64,000 nucleotides of DNA. Source: Somniosus microcephalus. Taxonomy: Eukaryota. Made by a program: the position numbers and the translations under genes. The first letter of the stretch is position 1. Each line of letters opens with the position of its first letter. Location of the stretch: the NCBI GenBank assembly GCA_052327205.1, contig CM126202.1:201190001-201254000 (forward strand), in the 5' to 3' direction. This document shows, one piece after another, positions 1 through 10,977 of this stretch. The notes beneath the pieces were generated by a model that saw only the letters and a program-made list of their open reading frames with translations, was not told the DNA's origin and did no database searches.

Positions 1-62
1 GAGTATTTCCAGCATTTTCTGTTTATATTTCAGATTTCCAGCATCCGCAATATTTTGCTTTT
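1..62 (+). mobile_element. Penelope-like element terminal fragment (runs off window start)
   Basis: Near reverse complement of 58399-58460, which is the terminus of a GIY-YIG-encoding Penelope remnant. Confidence 0.65.
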
Positions 63-350
63 AAGAACATAAGAACATAAGAAGTAGGAGCAGGAGTAGG
101 CCTTACGGCCCCTTGGGCCTGCTCCGCCATTCAATAGGATCATGGCTGATCCGAACTTAGACTCACGTCCACTTCCCTGCCCGCTCCCCATAACCCTTAA
201 TTCTCTTGTCAGCTAGGTAACTGTCTATCTCCGTTTTAAATTTATTTAATGTCGCAGCTTCCACAGCTCTCTGAGGTGGCAAATTCCATAGATTTACTAC
301 CCTCTGAGTGAAGAAGTTTCTCCTTATCTCAGTTTTGAAACGGCAGCCCC

Positions 351-1511
351 TTATTCTAAGATTATGCCCCCAATTCTAGTCTCACCCATCAGTGGAAACA
401 TCCTCACTGCATCCACCCGATCAAGCCCCCTCACAATCTTATATGTTTCGATAAGGTCGCCTCTCATTCTTCTGAATTCCAATGAGTAGAGTCCCAACCT
501 ACTCAACCTTTCCTCATAAGTCAACCCCCTCATCTCCGGAATCAACCGAGTGAACCTTCTCTGAACTGCCTCGAGAGCAAGTATATCTTTTCTTAAATAT
601 GGAAACCAAAACTGTACGCAGTATTCCAGGTGTGGCCTCACCAGTACCCTGTATAACTGAAGCAAGACTTCCCTGCTTTTATACTCCATCCCCCTTGCAA
701 TAAAAGCCAAGATTCCATTGGCCTTCCTGATCACCTGCTGTACCTGCATACTAACCTCCTGTGTTTCATGCACCAGGACCCCCAGATCCCTTTGTACTGT
801 AACACTTTGCAGTTTCTTTCCATTTAAATAACTTGCTCTTTGATTTTTTCTGCCAAAGTGCATAACCTCACACTTTCCAACATTATATTCCATCTGCCAA
901 ATTTCTGCCCACTCACTTAGCCTGTCTATGTCCTTTTGCAGGATTTTTATGTCCTCCTCACTCACTGCTTTCCCTCCCATCTTTGTATCGTCGGCAAACT
1001 TGGATACGTTGCACTTGGTCCCCTCCTCCAAATCGTTAATATAGATTGTAAAGAGTTGGGGTCCCAGCACTGACCCCTGCGGAACACCACTAGTTACTGA
1101 TTGCCAACCCGAGAATGAACCATTTATCCCAACTCTCTGTTTTCTGTTAGATAGCCAATCCTCCACCCATGCCAGTATATTACCCCCAATCCCGTGATTT
1201 TTTATCTTGTGCAGTAATCTTTTGTGTGGCACCTTGTCAAATGCCTTTTGGAAGTCCAAATACACCACATCCACTGGTTTCCCTTTATCCACCCTGTTTG
1301 TTACATCCTCAAAGAATTCGAGCAAATTTGTCAAACATGATTTCCCCTTCATAAAACCATGCTGACTCTGCCCGATTAAATTATGCTTATCCAAATGTCC
1401 TGTTACTGCTTCCTTAATAATGGACTCCAATATTTTACCAACCACAGATGTTAGGCTAACTGGTCTATAGTTTCCAGCCTTTTGTCTACCTCCCTTTTTA
1501 AATAAGGGCAT
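351..1511 (-). pseudogene. CR1 ORF2 reverse transcriptase domain (frameshifted)
   Basis: Motifs NYRPVSLTS, YLDFQKAFDKVPH, GVPQGSVLGP, FADD and RPHLEYCVQFW. Confidence 0.95.
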
Positions 1512-1698
1512 TACATTAGCAGTTTTTCAATCTGCTGGGACCGTTCCTGAATCCAGGGAGTTTTGGAAAATTACCACCAATGCATCCGCAATCCCTACCA
1601 CTACTTCTCTCAAGACCCTAGGATGTAAGCCATCAGGTCCAGGGGATTTATTCGCCTTAAGTCCCATTATCTTACTGAGTACCATCTCCTTAGTGATT

Positions 1699-3000
1699 TT
1701 AATCGTGTTTAGCTCTTCCCCCCATAGCCCTCTGGTTGTCCAGTGTTGGGATATTTTTAGTGTCCTCTACTGTAAAGACTGATACAAAATATTTGTTCAG
1801 CGTATTTGCCATCTCCATGTTCCCCACTACTAATTTCCCGGTCTCGTCCTCTAAGGGACCAACATTCATTTTAGCCACCCTTTTTCTTTTTATATAACTG
1901 TAGAAACTCTTGCTATCTGTTTTTATATTTTTTGCTAGTTTACTTTCATAATCTATCTTCCCTTTCTTAATTAATCTTTTAGTTATTCTTTGCTGGCTTT
2001 TAAATGCTTCCCAATCTTCTACCCTCCCACTAGATTTGGCTACTTTATATGCCCTTGTTTTCAGTCGGATACTATCTTTTATTACTTTACTTAGCCACGG
2101 ATGGCTGTCTTTTCTTTTACGCCCCTTTTTCCTCACTGGAATATATTTTTCTTGAAAGTTGTGAAATATCTCCTTGAATGTACACCACTGCTCCTGTACC
2201 GTCTTACACCTTAATCTATTTTCCCAGTCCACTTTAGTCAACTCTGCTCTCATACCTTCATAGTCTCCTTTATTTAAGCTTAGTACGCTGGTTTGAGATC
2301 CAATTCTCTCACCCTCCAACTGAATTTGGAATTCAACCATGTTATGGACACTCATTCCAAGGGGATCCTTTACTAGGACATTTTTTATTAATCCTGTCTC
2401 ATTACACAGGACCAGATCTAAGGTTGCCTGCCCCCTGGTTGGTTCAGTAACATACTGCTTAAGGAACCTGTCCCTCATGCACTCTATGAACTCTTCCTCA
2501 AGGCTGCCCTGCCCAATTTGATTTGTCCAGTCAATATGAAAGTTAAAATCTCCCATGATTATAGCTGTTCCCTTATTACAAGCCCCAACTACTTCCTGAT
2601 TTATACTCTGACCAATAGAGTTGCAACTGTTAGGAGGCCTATAGACTACGCCCACTAGTGACTTTTTCCCCTTATTATTCTTTATCTCCACCCAAACTGT
2701 TTCACTATCCTGATCCTTTGACCCAATATCATTTCTCACTATTGCAGTGATTCCATCCTTTATTAACATAGCAACCCCACCTCCCTTTCCTTCCTGTCTG
2801 TCCGTCCTAATAGTCAAATACCCCTGGATGTTTAGTTCCCAGTCATGGTCACCTCACAGCCATGTTTCTGTAATGGCCATGTGTAGTTATTTGTACCGTC
2901 AACTCGTCTATTTTGTTATGAATGCTGCGTGCATTCAGATAAAGAACATTTAAATATGTTTTGTGACAATTTATTCCTGCTTTTACCCCCTTTACTACTT
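1699..3000 (-). pseudogene. CR1 ORF2 APE endonuclease and linker (frameshifted)
   Basis: Motifs YLNARSI (2849-3148 frame), GGGVAM, VYRPPN, MGDFN and TLDLVL. The catalytic SDH reads SVH. Confidence 0.9.
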
Positions 3001-3842
3001 TACCTTTATCTTTATATATTCTGTCCCTTCCTGACACGCTCTGGTTTTTAATTTCCCCACTGCTACTTTGCTCTATTGCCTTCTCCGCTGACATTTTTAT
3101 TTTTCGCTCTCTTGAAACCTCCCCCCCACTAATTAGTTTAAAGCCCACTCTACATTTTGTATTAATGTAGTTGCTTTTATCATTTCAAAACAATAAAAAC
3201 ATTCCAAAATCCTGTAGTAATCTTTTGAGCAAGTGTCTTAATTTGTTCCATCAAATAGTATCTGGCATATGTGTAAATAAGCAAGTTCAGGATTTAGACA
3301 AGAAAGTACATTTTCTGTGACAGATTTTTAAACATGTTTTGGGTAGGAACAGAAATCAATTGTGTATTATAGTTGATATGTAGCAGGTATCTCAAAATTC
3401 ATCAACATTCATGGAGGAGCCTCAGGAGATAGTTTTGAAATTTTCTTTTCTATTTTGCTTTTTTATATGCAAGAGTAAGGGTCCTCTTGTGAAGAGTAAT
3501 CACAGTTTGTAGGTTGCCAAAATGGTACTCTAGGTTAAGGTAATGAGGAGAGTGGCTGAGTGTCAGAGAGGAAAGCAGCAATAGCTTCTGCAAGAGAGCA
3601 GTGGCAGGCATAAGAAGGGTAGGGTTGTCATTCAGAGAAAGGAGGTTGCTGTGCAACAAAAGAACTTGTACCACTTTTAATGGGAGGGAATATGTCTCAA
3701 GACACTTACAGGCCAATTTCTAAAAATGCTAGACCCTCTCTATAATGTCAAATTTACAAATAATGCATAAAGCAGCTAGTAGAAAGGGAGCTATAAATAT
3801 TGCTCACAATGTCAGAAAGTATTAGAGTGAGAGGTTATTGTA

Positions 3843-4175
3843 CAGGAAACTCTTTTTTATCCGGCACCGACGGGACTGGCGTGGTGCCGGTTTATCAAAA
3901 AGTCCGGATTACAGAGAGGTACAGTAAAAGGTATGAGAGCCCCGTACACGGCCACAGATCCAGGCATCCCTGTTGCATGGCAACAGGTGCAGGAACCCCG
4001 CCACAGATCCAGGCATCCCTGTTGCATAGCAATAGGTGCAGGAATCCCATTACACGGCCACAGATCTAGGAACAGCCACAAATATGAAGTAAAACTTCCC
4101 TGAACCTACTCCTGAATTTTGCCGGTTAACAGGGATTTCCGTTTATTTAGCTGCCAGTAAATCGAGAGTTTCCTG
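3843..4175. mobile_element. Tc1/mariner (pogo/Tigger-like) MITE with internal 49-bp tandem repeat
   Basis: TIRs CAGGAAACTCT...AGAGTTTCCTG. TA on both sides (3841-3842 and 4176-4177). Repeat units start at 3951 and 4000. Confidence 0.75.
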
Positions 4176-4269
4176 TAATAAGAAAAGGAAGTTCCTGTAT
4201 ATACTGTAGGGAATTTTATTCCTAATCTTCTCCCTGCTTATTTACTCCTCTGTTGATTCTTGCTGGGAT

Positions 4270-4545
4270 ATGGTTTCATGCTTCCTCTGGTAGCTCACTT
4301 AAGTCATGTTTTTTCAAGTGTAATAGTCCAGACAGTGAGTGTTGATGGACTATCCAACCACAAAGGACATCATAACCAAGCCCAATCTTGTCTTCACCTA
4401 ATGTCTACACACCTGGGCTTTCAGCATGAATTCTGGTTATCAATAAGGGTCTTGCCTGATTTACCTCTCCTCAGCCCAAGGATGTTGAGTTCAGTTCTGG
4501 CATCTGAACTTATGCCCTGCTTTGATCAGCTAACTCAGCACAAAT
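4270..4545 (-). mobile_element. Old tRNA-derived SINE, decayed copy
   Basis: Reverse-complement similarity to 43735-43975 and 45262-45390 (GATCAGCTAACTCAGCAC; AGACAGTGAGTGTTGA). Related pieces at about 14700-15005, 17130-17330 and 26400-26580. Confidence 0.5.
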
Positions 4546-5343
4546 GGTGAAAAGTTTCAGTTTGGAATTTAGGTAATCCAACACAAATAGCAGTTGCTGT
4601 ACAATATCTCGTGTTCTCATCGCCAAGATTTCAGAATTTGAGTATTTGAATAGATTTATATATTTTTGTTTCAGAAATATATGAAATTAAGCATTCAGTA
4701 CCAAAATTTCAGATATATAATTAGAAGTACTGGAAACCCTGGTAGAATAGTTTCATCAGTGCATTATTTTGTTCATGTCTATAGAATGTTAAACTATTAT
4801 CAATATGTGTGTGATGTCTTGTTTGAGTAGGCCATGGTTAGGACTCCAAACCGTTTGGCTGAAGATCATTGTAATATTCACCATAGGGTAGCAAATCTGA
4901 TTGGCAAAGTTTACAATCAAACACTTAATGCAATCATATTACATTTCTCTGTGCAATATTTTTTCTATTTTTGTAAGATCACTTAAAGTAAACATGCTAA
5001 GGCCTGTGTAAAAATAGTGAGCACAAAGCAGTGTTTAGACATCAACTTCATCAATTGGAATTTCTACCCTCATAGGCCTGTGCTATCTTAGAAATGTTAT
5101 TTGTTTGTGCTATAGCTACAAAAACTGCAGGAGCATGTTTAGGCGTTTAAAATGTTTGTAAGTAATTAGCACATGTAAGAGTTATCTATTGGTAATAATG
5201 AACAAAAGGTGCATGGTTATCTAGGTTTTAAAACAACTAGGTCCATTTTAGCACCTGGTTTTTCCTTGTGGAAAAAGATTCCCCTAATACATTAAAACCC
5301 ATAAGAAATTCATGCATTCTCATTCAGCATCAACTTGAACTTA

Positions 5344-5660
5344 GGGGTAGAGTTTCCGTTAGTTTTGCGCCCAGATTCCCACACAATTGGCCGAATCAGT
5401 GCAAAAGATCGAGGAATTTTAAACGTCAATGAGTTACGCCCAAAACCACTTATATTCATGTTTCCGTGATATTTTACGCTGGTTCAAGATTCAATTTGCC
5501 CAGATCAGGCCCCGCCCACAAAACTACCCATGCCCCCATTTCAAAATTGCGAGGTTCCGCTGATTGCGTGGCTTTGTAAGGCTCTTTAAATTGCATTCAT
5601 TTTCTTAGGTGCACTAGCATTAGTAGGCATGTTTTAAAAGTTTTTCACATCAAAAAATAT
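5344..5660. mobile_element. Harbinger-like non-autonomous element end
   Basis: Terminus GGGGTAGAGTTTCCG. The same 15-mer occurs inverted at 7849-7863. Confidence 0.45.
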
Positions 5661-6395
5661 TTACCTAGAAATTGCGGTCAGAGGTGTACCTCTGGAGTAC
5701 TCCTCCGACCCGTGAAACATTTCCGAAAGTACCTCCTGGCGCCCAGGCTGTGAAGAGTTGCAGTCTCCAGGTGGACGGCAGCGTAAAGGCCCATGGATCC
5801 AGGGATGCAGGCGGTTCGGAAGCATCCCTGGGATCATGTGGGCCTGGTCCTCCAATGACAAAGGAGAATTCCATTGCAATCATTTACAAAGGGCATCCCC
5901 AAATGATATGCAATGGAATCCCCAAATAATCATACAATGTACAGAATTTTAATAATTAAACAATGTACTGAATTGCCAATTTATTCATCAGTTCCTTCAT
6001 CGCACCAACCTCAATAAAAATTTAATTTTTGATAAATAATTTTAAACATCTTAATCCAGGCCAATATTTGCATAAACTAATTTAAACTTTATGTGCATAA
6101 TTTTGGATTTTTTAATGGTTTATTTAAGCCTTATATATACTCTTATGCTGATGCAAGCAGGCCCTACGCCTACTTTTACCAGTCGTAAGAGTTGCGTGGT
6201 CAATTGCTGGGCAGTTGTTGGGCAAATAACCCAACTCTGTGCCAGCGATAATCATTTTTCAGGCGGCTCGGTTGATCTGTCAAGGCGTACCTTGACAGAT
6301 CACAAGTTCCGGATTTCACGCATACACAAACGCATGCAGAAATCCAGAAGTTGTGGGGCCTTTCAAATGGATTATGATGGCATACTCAGGGCCAT
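5661..6395 (+). mobile_element. Non-autonomous DNA transposon (Harbinger-like), copy 1 of 3
   Basis: Colinear similarity to the reverse complements of 26625-27326 and 28970-29602 (e.g. GAGGTGTACCTCTGGAGTAC; GGGCAAATAACCCAAC). Confidence 0.65.
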
Positions 6396-6596
6396 TTAAT
6401 TTACTAAGAAATTGACTAGAGTACACCAATGAAACTATTAAATGGCTCAGTATAGTTTAATTAAGTCATTTTCAATGATTTTAAATCAGATTACTCACAG
6501 GTGGAGGACTGGACACCCTTATTAAAATGCATATTTTTGCTGATACACCCATTTTCAGCTGTATTAATAATGTTGCACCAGGTTACTAATCTTACT

Positions 6597-7665
6597 AGTC
6601 ACACCTAGCACAAAGGAAGATGGTTGTGGTGATTGAAGGTCAATCATCACAGCCCCAGAATATCGCTGCAGGAGTTCCACAGGGCAGAGCCCGAGGCCCA
6701 ACCATCTTCAGCTGCTTCATCAATGACATTCCCCCCATCATAAGGTCAGAAATGGGGATGTTCGCTGATGACTGCACAGTGTTCAGTGCCATTCACAACT
6801 CCTCAGATGATGAACCAGTCCATGCCCGCATGCAACAAGACCTGGACAACGTTCAGGCTTGGGCTGATAAGTGGCAGGTAACACTCACGCCACAGAAGTG
6901 CCAGGCAATGACTATCTCCAACAAGCGAGTGTCTACCCACCACCCCTTGACATTCAATGGCATTACCATCACTGAATTCCTCACCATCAACTTCCTGGGG
7001 GTCACCATTGACCAGAAACTTAACTGGACCAGCCACATAAATACTGTGACAACAAGAGCAGGTCAGAGGCTAGGTATTCTGTGGCAAGTGTCTCACCTCC
7101 TGACTCCCCAAAGCCTTTCTACCATCTACAAGGCACAAGTAAGGAGTGTGATGGAATATTCTCCACTTGCCTGGATGAGTGCAGCTCCAACAACACTCAA
7201 GAAGCTCGACACCATCCAGACAAAGCAGCCTGCTTGATTGACACCTCATCTACCACCTTAAACATTCATTCCCTCCACCACTGGTGTACCGTGGCTGCAG
7301 TGTGTATTATCTACAAGATGCATTGCAGCAACTCGCCAAGACTTCTTCGGCAGCACCTCCCAAACCCGCGACCTCTTCCACCTAGAAGGACAAAGGCAGC
7401 AGGCGCATGGGAACACCACCACCTCCAAGTTCCCCTCCAAGTCACACACCATCCTGACTTAGAAGTATATCGCCGATCCTTCATCGTCGCTGGGTCAAAA
7501 TCCTGGAACTCCCTCCCTAAAAGCACTGTGGAAGTACCTTCACCACATGGACTGCAGTGATTCAAGAAGGCGGCTCACCACCCCCTTCTCAAGGGCAATT
7601 AGTGATGGGCAATAAATGCTGGCCTTGCCAGCGACGCCCACATCCCATAAACTAATTTTAAAAAA
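6597..7665 (+). mobile_element. 5'-truncated copy of the CR1/L2-group LINE family at 19083-26387
   Basis: RT motifs GVPQG..GP and FADD. 3' end GGGCAATAAATGCTGGCC...CCACATCCCATA. Highly similar to 25330-26387. Confidence 0.9.
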
Positions 7666-7865
7666 TATGTTAAGGAATACTTTTTAATGGAAAAAAACTA
7701 TTACGTTCTATTAAGCTGCCCAAATGTGTTGGTTCATGGATTTTACATTTGTGATAATGCAAATTCATTTTAGCGGAAACTTGAACTGTAACTTAATCAG
7801 TGCAATTTCAAGTGCATTTTGGGTGCAATTTCCTGATTGCGGCCAAAGCGGAAACTCTACCCCAG

Positions 7866-8050
7866 TGCCTTTAATGTACTTCGCAGAGGTGTAAAGAAAA
7901 ATGGGCCCCAATGACAGATTAGATGGGGTGCCCAAATGCTTGGTCAAAGAGGTAGGTTTTAAGGAGGGTCTTAAGGAAGGAGAGGGAGGTGCAGAGGTAG
8001 AGGGATTTAGATAGGGATTTCCAGAGTGTAGGACCTAGGCAACTGAAAGC
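7866..8050 (-). mobile_element. L2 LINE 3' fragment
   Basis: GCTTGGTCAAAGAGGTAGGTTTTAAGGAG matches the L2 at 40200-40290. Confidence 0.6.
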
Positions 8051-8634
8051 ACTTATTATTGGCAAAGCGAGACTATTGATCATCATCTTCACAACTTTGT
8101 TCAGTTAATGCCAATGCTTTTGTTGTAGCACCAACAGTTGAGTTATACTACATGTTTTGTCTAATGCAAAACAGTTTCAGCTATGCATCAATGCAAAATG
8201 TGTAGTTTAACTCTGATATGAAGTCATCCTTTTTAAATTTAGTTAAGTATTGTGAGCAGCTTGAAGAATAGTCATGCCCCACTTATCTTTGCACTCCCTG
8301 GTATAATTGCAACCAGTGCAAGGCAAATTTAGAAAACTGACCACCTGGCAACTTTTTAATTTGACCTTTCACCATTTTAATAGAATCAAAGTCCTGTTCA
8401 CTCTTAGTTAACATTAAAATGCAACTGTTATTCAGGTGCTGGTGAACAGACTGTGTGTGGGTACACATGCACAGAGACTCATTTCCCCATGCCAGAGAGT
8501 GATGTAGAAATCAGGTTCGATGGCTGCACAGCTTTCTGATCAGTTATTGTTCTACAGTGCCAGTAAAGAATTAACACACACACACAAAAAGAAAACTATG
8601 GTGAGAGAAAGAGATGAAAAGTTCATCTACTCAC

Positions 8635-8649
8635 AGTTTTCTAAGGGAC
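8635..8649 (-). other. Candidate 15-nt micro-exon (copy B) of an unidentified host gene
   Basis: Minus strand reads ttgactttcctAG|GTCCCTTAGAAAACT|GTGAGTag. The phase-1 reading is (G)PLEN. Confidence 0.4.
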
Positions 8650-10325
8650 CTAGGAAAGTCAAATCAGTGCCTATAGCACAACAGCACTGTACACTAGAAA
8701 ATCACATTGTGCCATCATAAAGCTAGTTTCTTAAAATATGAATACAAGTTGGTACTGATGAATATGATTGTGGGATGAAAATGTGATTTTAAAACGTAAA
8801 GCCCAGTACATTGAGTCTTATCATTTCAATAAGTATAAATGCAGCTGCTTACCACAAGTTAATTAAAAAAGATAAACTTGATGTCAGTTTTACTTAACAA
8901 GAGGTCTCTATAATTTCCTTTCATCTGCTCATTTTAAAGAATTTACCTAAAATCTCTGCTAAGCTAAAAATATATATATTGTATGTCTCACCACAAGAAA
9001 ATGTATGGAATTAAGTAAAGTTGAGAATGTAGCTCTGCCCTCTGCTGTGGGTTAAGAGCAAACCAACCATCGATGCTGCTTCGATCGACTCGCCACTGCA
9101 GGATGTACAGATGTTTAGTCTACCTTCTGCTGCAACATTTTAATGAGCTATTTTACCTCCCAAATATGGCAAATGTAATAACATACATGAGCTACATATG
9201 TTACTGTTAAAGTGTTACTTAGCTCTACAAGATACACTAGTGAAGGCTGAATGCAACACATATAGACTGCATTATTTTTTGTTTTCAAAGAAGCAGTCCG
9301 CCCCTTTAATGTGCCTATTAAAAAGAATGTCGTATATGTAAATTAAGGAATGTAGCATGGTATTATAAAGGTGATAAATGCTGTTCTATACGCTTAATAA
9401 TTCTTGGCTTGAAAGATTTCAAATTGATTGTAGTGCTGGCAGCTACATAAACATACATCATTTGAAAGCAAGCAAAAAAAAATCCTTGAGTAGAACATGC
9501 CATCATACTGCACAATGCCATGGTTACCTTTCACCGAAAACGCTTGTGTGAAGCTTAATACAAAACACAATGGCTGACTGTGTTCTTTAATGCTGTCTTT
9601 GTTTTTCTTTTTCTTTCTTTATTTTAGTCACTGCTTGGGCAGTTTTCAATAGTGATTAAAAAAAATAAATAAAAACCTTGCCAAAAAAATCCGAAACATT
9701 AATTTATGGTCATTAGAAGTGTCCCGGGTAGCATAAGAAGATTTTCAGTTGGGCACTTCGGGGATGGGAGGAGGGTGCTGAGACACAGGAAGGAAGTTGC
9801 AAGTGATGCTGAGAGTCCAGCGGCAGTGCATGTCTTTACTGTTACCAGAGTCATGGGAATGGCGAAAACAGTTAAGGTTCAAGGTCATCGTTGACATTCA
9901 GCTGTCGGGAGCTGTATTGTCTGTTAGTCTTCACTTCACTGACACATTTAAGGGTACTTTATGCCAACCACAAAGCAGCAGTCAATTGATACCATTGCAT
10001 TTCATGTGCATGGAAACCGGTCCATATGGAACATTGTACTCTGGGAACTGTCTAACATTTATTCATGCAAGTTGTACTGAAATTATACCTTCCTTGATTT
10101 ACTTAATCCATTTAGGAATTTTGGAGAAGCACAAAGTGTAATTTAACAGCGATAACAATGTGTATATGGGAAAACTAGAGTATTCGTGACATTTGGGAAT
10201 GTGTCTGATAAGTACCAGCATTAACCTATCATAACTTTAAACTGAGAAACCCTACAGTTTAAACACACACAAAAAAGAAAACTATGCTGAGAAAAAGAGA
10301 AGTAAAAGAAAATTTATCTACTCAC

Positions 10326-10340
10326 AGTTTTCTAAGGGTC
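10326..10340 (-). other. Candidate 15-nt micro-exon (copy A) of an unidentified host gene
   Basis: Minus strand reads ttgacttccctAG|GACCCTTAGAAAACT|GTGAGTag. It differs from copy B at one site, which is a third codon position in phase 1. Confidence 0.4.
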
Positions 10341-10788
10341 CTAGGGAAGTCAAATTGCTCAGAAATGATATAAGACTGTGCAATGAAAAGAGGTAAAATG
10401 TAAGCCTAGGTCAGGGTACCAACTGTGATTAGCTCCATTGTTGGAGGCCCTTTGAGCTTCATTGGTCCCAAAGAAAACACCACTAATGAATCTATCTGAG
10501 CTTGGCAGAACTTTGTATTGAAGGCAAGTTATAGTGGTTCTTCATGGTGCTGTGGCATACCGTAAGTATACAGAAAATTTCTGTACAGTCCCATTCAACT
10601 TCCACTAGTACAAGGGCCTCCAAACGTTCTTTTACTCATTTTTCCCAAGAATTCCTTTTGCCATTTTTAAATAATGGTCATTTAAATGAACTGTATTGAT
10701 ACTGTTGATACTGTAACAGGAGAAAAAAGCTAAAAATATTTATTGATAAACAGATTACAATATAAACAGCATAGCAAAATACTGGCTT

Positions 10789-10977
10789 AAATAAAAACAA
10801 AAAAAATCAAAATGCACAGCAGGTAAATCAGCATCTGACTGAAAATGATTAACATTTCAGCTGGGACCCTTCATCAGCAGTTCTAATGAAGAGTTTCCAT
10901 CTGAAATGTTAGTGTGTTTTTTTTCAGAGGCTCACAGATCTGCTGTATATTTCCAACATTGTTCTGTTTTTATTTCA
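10789..10977. mobile_element. Fold-back made of two inverted Penelope terminal fragments
   Basis: The arms are imperfect reverse complements. Each resembles 58399-58530 and carries a CT(G/A)ATGA...GAAA remnant. Confidence 0.55.

Larger units (their letters stand above)
63..3148 (-). mobile_element. CR1 LINE, 5'-truncated at the ORF1/ORF2 junction
   Basis: (TTCTTATG)n-type 3' tail at 63-82 and CR1 3'UTR. RT and APE endonuclease ORFs lie on the minus strand. The 5' end GGGCTTTAAACTAA resembles the ORF1 stop of the CR1 at about 19985-19999. Confidence 0.95.

Noticed and set aside
5344-7863. Single 2.5-kb element bounded by 15-bp perfect inverted ends
   Set aside because: The flanks do not form a TSD (TTA versus AGT) and similarity stops after 15 bp. 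They may be independent ends of a common family, so this is left unresolved.
9706-10141. Short ORFs in unique sequence
   Set aside because: No recognisable domain or convincing exon boundaries in any frame.
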